A stretch of 64,000 nucleotides of DNA. Origin: Acutalibacteraceae bacterium (GTDB lineage: Bacteria; Bacillota; Clostridia; Oscillospirales; Acutalibacteraceae). A model generated the notes under the pieces. It was not told the DNA's origin, made no database searches, and was given only the letters and a program-made list of their open reading frames with translations. How positions within the stretch are numbered: the stretch's first letter is position 1; every line of letters starts with the position of its first letter. The DNA lies in the NCBI GenBank assembly GCA_045654905.1, contig JAZOOH010000024.1, positions 557 through 64,556 on the forward strand, in the 5' to 3' direction. The position numbers were made by a program, and so were the translations under genes. Of this stretch, positions 46,006-57,526 are shown in pieces.

Positions 46006-47454
46006 CTAAAATCTGAAATCTCTTCTGTTTGATGCCTTAATGGCCTCAACGTTTTCTTTTGCAATTTCTTTTGCCTTAGGATTTGCCACCTTTTCAAGCT
46101 CCTTTTCTATGAGCTTAAAGCCCGTCTCCTTTGTTTTGTCACTTGCGTAATCCACAAGATATTCGGTAAGCGTCATTAGGGCGTTAGGATGGCAGCAATT
46201 TATAATTTGTCCCGTTTTGCAAAGCGCCATAAATCTGTCTCCCGTTCTGCCCTCTCTGTAGCAGGCGGTACAAAACGACGGTATGTGACCGTTTTCCATA
46301 AGCCAGTTTACAACCTCGTCGAGCGTTCTTTGGTCTGAAACGTCAAATTGCTCGGAATCGTGCGGACGCTCTTCCTCTGTGTAGCCGCCTACAGAGGTTC
46401 TTGAAGCACCGCTTATTTGAGAAACACCGAGCTTTAACACCCTTTCGCGTACCTCCTGACTCTCTCTTGTAGAAATAATCATACCCGTGTACGGCACGGC
46501 AATTCTTATGCACGCAATGATTTTTTCAAAAATATCGTCACTTAAGCCGTTGTCAAACTGGTCGGGGTCTATGTCGTCTGCTCTTTTTAACCTTGGTACA
46601 CTTATAGTGTGCGGTCCCACACCGTGCACCGCCTCAAGGTGCTCTGCGTGCATTAAAAGTCCCGCAAATTCATACTTGTATTTTTCAAGTCCGAAAAGCA
46701 CGCCAAGACCTACGTCGTCTATGCCGCCCTCCATAGCTCTGTCCATAGCCTCTGTGTGATAGGCGTAGTTATGCTTTGGTCCCGTAGGATGCAGCTCCTC
46801 GTAGCTTTCCTTGTGGTAGGTTTCCTGAAAAAGAATGTAGGTGCCTATTCCCGCATCCTTCAGCTTTTTATAATTTTCCACGGTGGTCGCGGCAATATTT
46901 ACGTTTACTCTGCGAATTGCTCCGTTTTTGTGATTTATGGAGTATATGGTGTTAATACACTCAAGAATGTATTCTATAGGATTATTTTTGGGGTCCTCAC
47001 CTGCTTCAATAGCAAGTCTTTTGTGGCCCATATCCTGCAAAGCAATAACCTCTTTTTTTACCTCGTCCTGCGTAAGCTTTTTTCTTGCTATGTGCTTATT
47101 TTGCATATGATAAGGACAATAAACACAGCCGTTAACGCAGTAATTTGAAAGATACAGCGGCGCAAACATAACAATTCTGTTGCCGTAAAAGGTTTCCTTT
47201 ATTTCTCTTGCAAGTGCGTACATTTTTTCTGTTGCTTCCTTATCATCACAAGCAAGCAGCACAGATGCCTCTCTGTGAGAAAGACCTGCACACACAACTC
47301 CCTCTGCTGTCTTTTTAGGCCTTGCCTTTTCTAAAATTTCATTTATAAGCGGAAGGTTGTTTTTGTTTTCCTCTGCATATTTAATTGTTTCAAGAATCTC
47401 CGCATCATTTATAAATTCTTCTGCCTTTAAGGACTTAACGTTGTATTCTGCCAT
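46006..47454 (-). CDS. hydG: [FeFe]-hydrogenase maturase, radical SAM tyrosine lyase
   Basis: CVNGCVYCPY radical SAM motif, ThiH-like body, and C-terminal CTACYR..C cluster domain, 482 aa. Confidence 0.9.
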   Translation of the reverse strand: MAEYNVKSLKAEEFINDAEILETIKYAEENKNNLPLINEILEKARPKKTAEGVVCAGLSHREASVLLACDDKEATEKMYALAREIKETFYGNRIVMFAPLYLSNYCVNGCVYCPYHMQNKHIARKKLTQDEVKKEVIALQDMGHKRLAIEAGEDPKNNPIEYILECINTIYSINHKNGAIRRVNVNIAATTVENYKKLKDAGIGTYILFQETYHKESYEELHPTGPKHNYAYHTEAMDRAMEGGIDDVGLGVLFGLEKYKYEFAGLLMHAEHLEAVHGVGPHTISVPRLKRADDIDPDQFDNGLSDDIFEKIIACIRIAVPYTGMIISTRESQEVRERVLKLGVSQISGASRTSVGGYTEEERPHDSEQFDVSDQRTLDEVVNWLMENGHIPSFCTACYREGRTGDRFMALCKTGQIINCCHPNALMTLTEYLVDYASDKTKETGFKLIEKELEKVANPKAKEIAKENVEAIKASNRRDFRF

Positions 47455-47466
47455 TTCCCTCTTCCT

Positions 47467-48510
47467 TTACCTTTTAATATCGCCTTTGTCGACTACTATT
47501 TCGTAGCCGATATTTTTAATTTGATTTTTTAACTCCTCTATTTCCTCTGCCGATTCCGTGCCCGTTGCAAGCTTGTTGTCATAAAGAGCATATTTTTTTC
47601 TTTCGCTTGCGGGTGAAAGATTCGGCATTAAAACGTTTGCGCCTGCAAGTATGCCCTGCTCTCTGCCGCCCTCCTTTATTGTGCCGAGCGCGGTTGTAGC
47701 AGGCAGGAGTATATTCGGCTTTATAAGCCTTATAACCGACAAATAAAATATTGTTTCCTCTGCCGTGCCTGCTTTTTCGTTTTTAAAGGGTGTGTCCCCC
47801 TGAGGAATAAACGGGCCTATGCCGCACATTTCCGGGGAAAACTCTTCTATAAATTTAAACTCCCTTGCAACAATTTCAGCCGTAGCAAAGGGTGAGCCCA
47901 CCAAAAATCCGCAGCCCACCTGAAAGCCTGCCGCCTTAAGCTCTTTAAGGCAATTTATTCTGCTCTCATAGGACATATTTTCAGGATGCAGCCTTTCATA
48001 ATGCTCTTTATCTATTGTTTCGTGACGTAAAAGGTAGCGGTCTGCGCCCGCCTCCTTCATTTTTAAAAAATCCTCTTTTTCATATTCACCGAGGGAAAGC
48101 GTTACGGCACAGTCTGAATAGCGTGATTTTATTTTTTTAACCGTGTCACAAATCTCACTTACAGAAAGCGCTCCCTCTCCGCCTTGCAGCACAAAGGTAC
48201 GAAAACCTAAATTGTAGCCCGACTCACAGCACGAGAGAATTTCCTGCTGTGTTAATTTATAACGCTCGCAGCTTTTGTTTGAGCGTCTTATTCCGCAGTA
48301 GTAGCAATCGTTTTTGCAAATATTACTTATTTCTATTAAGCCGCGAATAAAAATTTTATTGCCGTAAATCTCTTTACGCGCCGTGTCTGCCTTTTGCTTT
48401 AAATACTCAAAAATTTCCTCGTTGCGGTTTTTAATTAAAAATAAATAATCCTCTTCACTAAGGTAGTGGTTTTCACTAAGAAAATCTATTAGCTTTTTTG
48501 CTTTTCCCAT
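47467..48510 (-). CDS. hydE: [FeFe]-hydrogenase maturase, radical SAM
   Basis: CKNDCYYCGIR motif, BioB-like fold length (347 aa), and position ahead of hydG-hydF. Confidence 0.9.
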   Translation of the reverse strand: MGKAKKLIDFLSENHYLSEEDYLFLIKNRNEEIFEYLKQKADTARKEIYGNKIFIRGLIEISNICKNDCYYCGIRRSNKSCERYKLTQQEILSCCESGYNLGFRTFVLQGGEGALSVSEICDTVKKIKSRYSDCAVTLSLGEYEKEDFLKMKEAGADRYLLRHETIDKEHYERLHPENMSYESRINCLKELKAAGFQVGCGFLVGSPFATAEIVAREFKFIEEFSPEMCGIGPFIPQGDTPFKNEKAGTAEETIFYLSVIRLIKPNILLPATTALGTIKEGGREQGILAGANVLMPNLSPASERKKYALYDNKLATGTESAEEIEELKNQIKNIGYEIVVDKGDIKR

Positions 48511-48764
48511 TATACACCTGTCACGTTTGAATAAGCTGTTTTTACGCTTATTCCGTTTATTTTTCCAACCTTGCCTGCAAGGGCGGAGATTTTATCCTGC
48601 GGGGCATCTATTGCAACAGAAACTATGTGAATCCCCTTTTCTCTGTAAGGAAGCCCCATTCTGCCTATAATAAAGCCGCCATATTCGTGAAGCGTTCTGT
48701 TAAGCTCCTCAACAGACTCTGTATTTTCTACAATAATTGCTAAAACTGCTACTCTTGTTTCCAT
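48510..48764 (-). CDS. TM1266-family iron-only hydrogenase system regulator (ACT-like)
   Basis: 84 aa reading METRVAVLAIIVENTESVEELNRTLHEYGGFIIGRMGLPYREKGI.. Its TAA overlaps the hydE ATG (TAATG). The track N-terminal extension covers a leader hairpin. Confidence 0.75.
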   Translation of the reverse strand: METRVAVLAIIVENTESVEELNRTLHEYGGFIIGRMGLPYREKGIHIVSVAIDAPQDKISALAGKVGKINGISVKTAYSNVTGV

Positions 48765-48782
48765 AAAACACCTTTCTAAAGT

Positions 48783-48810
48783 AAAAAAATAAGCACCCGA
48801 TATGGGTGCT
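48783..48810 (-). terminator. Intrinsic-terminator-like hairpin inside the leader of the hyd maturation operon
   Basis: On the minus strand: AGCACCC-ATATC-GGGTGCT followed by TATTTTTTT. It lies downstream of an extended -10 (TGTTATAAT, 48867-48859) and 19 nt ahead of the ATG. Confidence 0.5.
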
Positions 48811-49006
48811 ACAATACAAAACAACGTGAGCAATGCGATTTTGCATTACCCTGCTTTTATTATAACACCTTTCAGTCAGACAGCTCTTCGTGTCAGGATT
48901 TGTTACTTAAATTATATATAAATATTTTATAAAAGTCAATAAAAGGTAATGACAAAACAAAAATTGAGTAGTATAATAATCGCAGTTTTTTGAAAGGATT
49001 TTAAAA

Positions 49007-50359
49007 ATGACTTCTAAATACTCATTAGATATGACAAAAGGCCCTTTTTTAAAGAAAATTTTGCGGTTTTCTCTGCCGCTTGTTTTCACGGGTCTTTTAC
49101 AAATGATTTACAACACGGCAGACGTAATTGTTGTAGGGCGCTTTGCGGGCGGTACGGCGCTTGCAGCCGTTGGTGCTACGGGCTCGCTCGTGCATTTAAT
49201 TCTGAATATATTTTTAGGGCTTTCAATGGGCTCAGGAGTTATGACCGCAAAATATATTGGTGCTAAGGACGAGGACTCTGTTAAGCGTTGCGTACACTCT
49301 GCTATGCTGCTGAGCATTTTAAGCGGTATATTCGTAGCAATATTCGGCTTTCTTTTTTCAGAGCAGCTCCTTGTTTTAATGGACTCCCCCGAGGACGTTT
49401 TACCGCTTTCAACGCTTTACTTAAAAATATTTTTCCTTGGTGCCCCTGCGGGTATGGTTTTTAACTTTGGCGCAAGCATAGTAAGGGCAACGGGCGACAC
49501 TAAAAAGCCGCTTATAATACTTTCACTTTCAGGTATTTTAAACATTGTACTTAACTTAATTCTTGTTATTAATTTTCACATGAGCGTTGCAGGTGTTGCT
49601 ATTGCCACAATAGCCTCACAGTACGTTTCTGCTACTGTAATTACCATTGTGCTTTTAAATATGAAAAACGCTTGCAGGCTAAACCTTAAAAAGCTTCGTC
49701 TTCACAAGGAGGAGGTAAAACGAATTCTTTACGTGGGAATCCCTGCAGGAATACAAAATTCACTTTTCTCCGTTTCAAACGTTATAATTCAGACAACCGT
49801 TAACTCCTTTGGCTCGGTTGCAATGGCGGGTATTGCCGCAGGCTCAAACGTAGATACCTTAATTTACACCTGCACAAACGCCGTTTCGCAAACAACCATG
49901 ACCTTCTCGTCACAGAACTTCGGCGCAAAAAAATACGAGAATTTTAACAAAATTTATTTCCGTTGCGTTTTGCTCACAATTGCAATTGCAGGCTCAATGG
50001 GTGCCTTGGGTGTTATTTTTAAGGACTTTTTAGTTGGAATTTTTTCCACCGACCCGGCAGTTATAGAAATTGGTGCACAAAGATTAACGCTCATTTTACC
50101 TTTTTACTTTTTCTGCTCACTTATGGACGTTGGCGCAGGTCAGTTAAGAGGTATGGGAAAATCGTTCTTACCTATGATTATTTCTCTTTTAGGCGGCTGT
50201 GGACTTCGTCTTCTTTGGGTTTTCGCGTTCTTCCCCAAAAACCCGACGCTTATTTACCTTTACTACGCATACCCCATTTCGTGGTCAATAACCGCGGCGG
50301 TTTTATTCATTTGCTACTTTATAGTTCGCAAACAAATTTTAAAGCGTGCAAGCGCATAA
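49007..50359 (+). CDS. MATE-family efflux transporter
   Basis: 450 aa, 12 predicted TM segments, and N-terminal L..P......Q..Y...D....G.. pattern typical of MatE. Confidence 0.9.
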   Translation: MTSKYSLDMTKGPFLKKILRFSLPLVFTGLLQMIYNTADVIVVGRFAGGTALAAVGATGSLVHLILNIFLGLSMGSGVMTAKYIGAKDEDSVKRCVHSAMLLSILSGIFVAIFGFLFSEQLLVLMDSPEDVLPLSTLYLKIFFLGAPAGMVFNFGASIVRATGDTKKPLIILSLSGILNIVLNLILVINFHMSVAGVAIATIASQYVSATVITIVLLNMKNACRLNLKKLRLHKEEVKRILYVGIPAGIQNSLFSVSNVIIQTTVNSFGSVAMAGIAAGSNVDTLIYTCTNAVSQTTMTFSSQNFGAKKYENFNKIYFRCVLLTIAIAGSMGALGVIFKDFLVGIFSTDPAVIEIGAQRLTLILPFYFFCSLMDVGAGQLRGMGKSFLPMIISLLGGCGLRLLWVFAFFPKNPTLIYLYYAYPISWSITAAVLFICYFIVRKQILKRASA

Positions 50360-50405
50360 AAAAAGGCTGTAAAAACCAAAAGTTTTTACAGCCCTGATTT
50401 TTTTG
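50360..50405. terminator. Terminator after the MATE gene (bidirectional palindrome)
   Basis: GGCTGTAAAAAC/GTTTTTACAGCC stem flanked by an A-run and a T-run. Confidence 0.7.
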
Positions 50406-50725
50406 ATAAAAATTTAAAATCACGAATAATTGCAGGCTCAACCGATTTGCCTTCGCAAACCTTTAAGAAGCACATAATTTTCACTACCGCAAGAACAACA
50501 GAGGCAATGCTGAACAAAATTGCTTAATCCTTCTCTCCTTTACTTTTACAGCTCCGTTTGGAGCTGTTACCTTTATACTACCACTTTTTTCAATATGTCA
50601 AGGATTCAAGTAAAAAGGACGTTAAAGCAGTAAGCTTTAACGCCCTTTAATTTTTCACGTTATTTATTAATATATTAAGGGTACGTCTTAAGAGTACGTC
50701 GAGCAGGTGAAAAAAAGACTTATGC

Positions 50726-50775
50726 GCAAAAATAAAAAGCTCGCCGTAGATTCGTTGTAAACCCACGGTGAGCTT
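50726..50775 (-). terminator. Terminator downstream of groEL
   Basis: On the minus strand: AAGCTCACCGT..ACGGCGAGCTT followed by TTTTATTTTT. Confidence 0.65.
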
Positions 50776-50906
50776 CTTTTGTAAAATTTTTACCTGTATT
50801 CTTAATCGTAATAAGTTTTGATGCAGAAGGCTTTTTCTTCACCCCGAAGCTGTATGAAGATACTGCGAGCGGGTGAAAAAACGACTTATGCGCAAAAATT
50901 ATACGA

Positions 50907-52556
<1,650 letters not shown>

Positions 52557-52584
52557 TTACTCCTTAAAATAAAATCAGATTATA

Positions 52585-52884
<300 letters not shown>

Positions 52885-52913
52885 TTAAGAAATATAAGTT
52901 AAACAATTTGTTT

Positions 52914-52940
52914 TTAGCACTCTCGCTTTTTGAGTGCTAA
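52914..52940 (-). promoter_or_regulatory. CIRCE operator (HrcA binding site) upstream of groES
   Basis: A perfect match to the consensus: TTAGCACTC-N9-GAGTGCTAA. Confidence 0.9.
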
Positions 52941-53063
52941 AAGTATAATAATACCTTTTAATAAAAAAATCAAGAGTTTTTGCAAACTTTTTCCCTTGCT
53001 ACCTTAAATTTACAATACCGTAACAATATTTATTATGATTTTTTAAAATAAAATAATACAACT

Positions 53064-53096
53064 ATTAAAAAATGCTATCGAAAAACCGATAGCATT
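53064..53096 (-). terminator. Terminator downstream of the BNR-repeat gene
   Basis: AATGCTATCG/CGATAGCATT stem with T-runs on both strands. Confidence 0.6.
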
Positions 53097-53102
53097 TTTT
53101 CA

Positions 53103-54086
53103 TTAGTCAATTTCTATATTCCAATAAATAATAGTCTTTCTTTCACTTGTGTAGGTAATATGTAACGACTTGCCCACCGCCGTAATTGCAGGGTAGCTGA
53201 ATTCATAATCACCCTTAATAGCCTCAAGCTTAAAAAACTCCTCAAAGGTGTTACCGCCGTCAAAGGAGCGCATTAAAACAAGCGGCGCTCTGTTTCCCCA
53301 GTCTGCACCAACGGGATTCATGCAAAGCACTATTGTTTCATCCTCAAGCTTCACCAAATCTATACCACTGTTAGGGTTAGGGTAAGGGGTTTCGTATGCC
53401 TTGCACCAGGTCATGCCAAAATCGGTGCTGTCGCTTTTATAAATTTTGCCTGCATTTGACCTTATGAGCATATGCACACCGGCAGCATCCTCCCACAAGG
53501 TAGGCTGAATCATTCTTACGCTTTTACCTCTTTTTCTGACTCCGGGCACAAATTTTGAGTGCTTGTAGGTTTTGCCGTCATCCTCGGAAATATCTGTAAA
53601 GCATTTCCACGCAGAGTGCTTTGGCTCCTTTGAGGAGGGCGCTAAAACCGTACCGTTTGAAAGTCTTATCTGCTTGTTTTTAACAGGACCTCTTGCGCCG
53701 TCCTTTTCACCCGGCACTAACTCCTCCGGCTTTGAAAAGCTTCTACCTCCGTCTACCGAAACACACAAGTAGGTACGCCACTCTGAAATCGGCTTGCCGT
53801 ATTTAAAGTAAAGGCACACGGAGCCGTCCTCTCTTTCGAACAAAACAGGATTCCAATGCGGCAGCTCCTCACCCTCAACGCTTACAGCGTAAGGGGTTGA
53901 CCACTCGTTGTTTTCTCTTACGGAAACGTAAATTTTTACGTCGTTGTTACCCTCCTTAGTGCCGCCAAACCAAGCAGCCACCACCGTATCTCCCAACGGC
54001 AGCACCGTTGATGCGTGGCAGTTCTCGGTAACTGCATCTATTGGGAAAATTTCTTCCTTTAATTGCTTTATAACTTTAGTCTTCAT
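53103..54086 (-). CDS. BNR/Asp-box repeat protein of the sialidase (GH33-like) fold, without a signal peptide
   Basis: Four Asp-box motifs (SVDGGRSF, SEDDGKTY, STDFGMTW, SFDGGNTF). ATG 54086 follows GAAGGAAA and overlaps the upstream gene end. Confidence 0.75.
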   Translation of the reverse strand: MKTKVIKQLKEEIFPIDAVTENCHASTVLPLGDTVVAAWFGGTKEGNNDVKIYVSVRENNEWSTPYAVSVEGEELPHWNPVLFEREDGSVCLYFKYGKPISEWRTYLCVSVDGGRSFSKPEELVPGEKDGARGPVKNKQIRLSNGTVLAPSSKEPKHSAWKCFTDISEDDGKTYKHSKFVPGVRKRGKSVRMIQPTLWEDAAGVHMLIRSNAGKIYKSDSTDFGMTWCKAYETPYPNPNSGIDLVKLEDETIVLCMNPVGADWGNRAPLVLMRSFDGGNTFEEFFKLEAIKGDYEFSYPAITAVGKSLHITYTSERKTIIYWNIEID

Positions 54087-55584
54087 CTGTTTTCCTTCGC
54101 CCCATATTTTTATTTGGTTGTGCTGTAGCTTCCGCAACAGCCGCCTCCCGGCGTCTTCTGTTTACCTCTTCGTAAATTTCAAACTCGTCGTAAGCAGAGT
54201 TTTCCGTATCAGTTTCTAAATAGTTAAAGGCATTCCACGCAGTATTTTCCTCCTGCACGTTTTCCTTGTTTTTGCCTTTGTAATCAAACTCGCCTATTCT
54301 TTTGCCTTCGGCGTCGTCATCATAACCTATATTCATAATAATAGGGTCAAGCTTAGGACCCTTTTTAATTGGCTCACGCTTTTCCACTATATAGAATTGG
54401 TCGGCGTATTTGTCCGTGGTTGTTTCAATAAACGACGGAAAGCCCGGCTGCCTTGAAAGCTTTTTATATATAGGCAGATTTATGAGCCACCTTACGTAGC
54501 CCGGCAGTTTAATTATGGTGAACAATGCTAATATAGCGGGTGTAACCATTGGCGTATTTATGGCCGCAAGCAAATATACGCAAAGCACAAGCGGTAAGCC
54601 GATAATATTTTCCATTTTAACAAAATTCGTACCGAAAATATACGCCGCAGCAATCGGATACAAAAGCAGGCTTTTTACTGACGGCATTGTCCACATATGA
54701 ATCATTACGTTAGCAAGAATCACACAAATCCAGACAGTCTCGTTCTTAAACATGCTTTTCTTCATATCATTCCATTCGCCCATAACAATTCTGTTTTTCT
54801 CTTTTGGTGACTCTTCAATATTGTCGTGCGGAATAATAATGTTGACGTTGCCTATTTTCAAGCCTTTTGAAAACTTGAACATTTCCTCAGCGCGATTTTT
54901 CTTTTCTTTATCCTTATAATACTCTTTACCGGCTACATCCTGCTCAAGATGCTTTATTTCATCATAGCGAAGAGAGTTCATTCTTTCAACCTCTTCGTCA
55001 AGAATATCGCTCTGCTCATTAAACGGGTTGTAGGCTGCTTCAACACGCTTTTCCGCAACCGTTTTTTCGTTTTTGTCCTTCAGATAAATTTTTTCGGCGT
55101 ACATATCTGCCGTGCTGAAAACAAAATTTGGAAAGCCCTTTCTTTTTTTGAGCAGCTCGTAAACGTTTTTGTAATTGTAAAGCGCCTTGTAAGAAAAAAA
55201 TGCTGCAATTACACCGGGTATAAAAACCGTTATCATAAAAAACGATTTTATAATCATATCCGGGTAATACATAGGCAACACCGAAAATGCTGCAAGCGCC
55301 ACAAACGACGTACCGTAAATAATTCTTGAGCTTTTGTTCACCAAAAGCGCAACAAGCAAAAACAAGCCTACCGTTAAAAAGCTTACTCCGCAAGCAACGG
55401 TGTTATCCTCATAAATAAAATTGGCAGCATTCACAAAAGACGTAGCCGCAGCCACGAAAGAAAGAATTCTTATTTTTTTGTTATTTCCGTTCCAGTTGAA
55501 CATCATTTCCTGCACGTGCTTAAGCTTTGCAACCGGCACGTACTCAATCTCCATATCAAGGTTAAGCAATTCCGGTAATTTCAT
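54076..55584 (-). CDS. Internally duplicated polytopic membrane protein, function unknown
   Basis: Two blocks of TM helices, each followed by a G-F-P-x-F-(V/I)-x-(S/T)-T-x-D-x-Y-A motif (GFPNFVFSTADMYAEKIY and GFPSFIETTTDKYADQFY), with an acidic/basic C-terminal tail. Confidence 0.6.
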   Translation of the reverse strand: MKLPELLNLDMEIEYVPVAKLKHVQEMMFNWNGNNKKIRILSFVAAATSFVNAANFIYEDNTVACGVSFLTVGLFLLVALLVNKSSRIIYGTSFVALAAFSVLPMYYPDMIIKSFFMITVFIPGVIAAFFSYKALYNYKNVYELLKKRKGFPNFVFSTADMYAEKIYLKDKNEKTVAEKRVEAAYNPFNEQSDILDEEVERMNSLRYDEIKHLEQDVAGKEYYKDKEKKNRAEEMFKFSKGLKIGNVNIIIPHDNIEESPKEKNRIVMGEWNDMKKSMFKNETVWICVILANVMIHMWTMPSVKSLLLYPIAAAYIFGTNFVKMENIIGLPLVLCVYLLAAINTPMVTPAILALFTIIKLPGYVRWLINLPIYKKLSRQPGFPSFIETTTDKYADQFYIVEKREPIKKGPKLDPIIMNIGYDDDAEGKRIGEFDYKGKNKENVQEENTAWNAFNYLETDTENSAYDEFEIYEEVNRRRREAAVAEATAQPNKNMGRRKTDED

Positions 55585-55623
55585 CCCTGCGCCTCCCGTT
55601 CAAAACTAAAATTACTTTTTAAA

Positions 55624-56289
55624 TCAATATCCGCTTCCCTGCTCACTTTTTGCAATTGAAACAATTCTGCTTGTACCAAGACGTGTAGCGCCGAGTGCTA
55701 AAAAGTCCTCTGCATCTGAAAGCGCTGCTATTCCGCCTGCCGCCTTCATTTGCACGTCCTCGCCTATATTTTCACTGAAAAGTTTAATATCCTCGCGGGT
55801 AGCACCTGCTGTAGAAAATCCCGTTGAGGTTTTAATAAAATCTGCCTTTGCCTCCGTTACAGCCTTACACAATTCCTTTTTTTCTTCATCTGTCAAAAGG
55901 CAGGTTTCAATTATCACCTTTAAAATTTTGCCCTTGCAGGCTGCCCTTATTGCTTTAATTTCCTCTGTTATTAACTCAAATCTTTTTTCCTTTGCCCAGC
56001 CAATGTTTATAACCATATCTATTTCGTCTGCACCGTTTTTTATGGCATCCTCTGTCTCAAAAACCTTTACTGCGGTTGTATTGTAGCCGTTAGGAAAGCC
56101 TATAACCGTACAGATTTTCATTTTCTCCCCGCAGTATTCCTTACACTGCTTTACAAATGACGGCGGCACGCACACACTCGCTGTTGAAAAGCGCATTGCG
56201 TCATCACAAATAACCTTCATCTGCTCAAAGGTTGCATCCTGCTTTAAAAGTGTGTGGTCTACGTATTTCAAAATCTCTTTAATTTCCAT
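55624..56289 (-). CDS. deoC: Deoxyribose-phosphate aldolase
   Basis: VDHTLLK, VCV.P.FV, DMVIN and the FIKTSTGF Schiff-base Lys motif. Confidence 0.9.
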   Translation of the reverse strand: MEIKEILKYVDHTLLKQDATFEQMKVICDDAMRFSTASVCVPPSFVKQCKEYCGEKMKICTVIGFPNGYNTTAVKVFETEDAIKNGADEIDMVINIGWAKEKRFELITEEIKAIRAACKGKILKVIIETCLLTDEEKKELCKAVTEAKADFIKTSTGFSTAGATREDIKLFSENIGEDVQMKAAGGIAALSDAEDFLALGATRLGTSRIVSIAKSEQGSGY

Positions 56290-56464
56290 TAAAAAGCACC
56301 CCTTTTTATGTTTTACGATTATATTGTAGCATTTTTATCTAAAAAGGTAAACAGTATTATTAAAATATCATAGTATTTTATAATTGATTTAATTCTTTTT
56401 ATGTGGTAAAATTTAGAATGTATTTTTATGCTTTAAAAAATTTCAGCAAATCAAGGTGATTATT

Positions 56465-57526
56465 TTGAAGAATGTTCTTGTGATTTTCGGTGGCGCATCA
56501 AGTGAATATGAGGTATCTCTCCGCTCAAGCGCCTCTGTTTTAAGAAACATAAACCGCGAAAAATATAACGTTTATACCTTAGGTATTACAAAGGATGGCC
56601 GCTGGCTTTACTACACAGGTGACGTAGACAGCATTGAAAACAATTCCTGGGCAGAAAAAAATGCCGTTTCTGCAATAATCTCACCGGATAAAAGTGAAAA
56701 AGCTCTTCTTGTTTTTAACGACAAGGGTATGGAAAAAATTAAAATTGATATTATCTTCCCTGTTATGCACGGCAAATACGGTGAGGATGGTACAATTCAA
56801 GGTATTTTTGAAATGGCAGGCATTGCTTACGTTGGATGCACTCCTCTTGCAGGCGCTATGTGTATGGATAAGGCTATTACAAACACTATTTGTGACGCCG
56901 CAGGAATTCCGCAGGCAAAATGGGTTGCTTTCACAAAGTTTGAGCTTGATAACAACAAGGTAGATTTACAAAGCGCCATAGATTACTTAAAGTTCCCTAT
57001 TTTTGTAAAGCCTGCAAATGCAGGCTCCTCCGTAGGCATTACAAAGGCGCACAATGAAGAAGAATTACAAAAGGCTTTGGAAATCGCATTTAAGGAGGAC
57101 CGAAAGGTTGTTCTTGAGGAAACTCTTGTAGGCCGTGAAATTGAGTGTGCCGTTATGGGTAACGATTCTCCCGTTGCCTCCTGCGTGGGTGAAATTCTTC
57201 CTACGGCAGAGTTTTACGATTACGAGGCAAAATACGTTAACGACTCAACAGGTCTTGCAATTCCCGCAATTCTTCCCGACGGTGTTGAGGCTAAGGTTCA
57301 GGAGGCTGCAAAAAAGGCTTATTTAGCACTTAACTGCTCAGGACTTTCCCGTGTTGACTTTTTCCTTTTAGAGGACGGCAGAATTTGCCTTAATGAATTA
57401 AACACGTTACCGGGCTTTACATCTATTAGTATGTTCCCAAAACTTTTTGCAAAGGTAGGTATAGCTTACAGCGAGCTTATTGACAAGCTCTTAGCGTATG
57501 CAGAAGAAAAACACAATGAAAAATGA
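56465..57526 (+). CDS. ddl: D-alanine--D-alanine ligase
   Basis: VIFGGASSEYEVSL, HGKYGEDGTIQG, VKPANAGSSVGI and ELNTLPGFT motifs. TTG 56465 lies 5 nt after AAGGTGA; GTG 56456 is also possible. Confidence 0.9.
   Translation: MKNVLVIFGGASSEYEVSLRSSASVLRNINREKYNVYTLGITKDGRWLYYTGDVDSIENNSWAEKNAVSAIISPDKSEKALLVFNDKGMEKIKIDIIFPVMHGKYGEDGTIQGIFEMAGIAYVGCTPLAGAMCMDKAITNTICDAAGIPQAKWVAFTKFELDNNKVDLQSAIDYLKFPIFVKPANAGSSVGITKAHNEEELQKALEIAFKEDRKVVLEETLVGREIECAVMGNDSPVASCVGEILPTAEFYDYEAKYVNDSTGLAIPAILPDGVEAKVQEAAKKAYLALNCSGLSRVDFFLLEDGRICLNELNTLPGFTSISMFPKLFAKVGIAYSELIDKLLAYAEEKHNEK

Noticed and set aside
45219-46016. Plus-strand ORFs inside hydF (45219-45569, 45651-46016), and similar Ser/Ala/Pro-rich ORFs inside groEL, pdp and deoB
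   Set aside because: These are antisense frames of well-supported genes with low-complexity composition.
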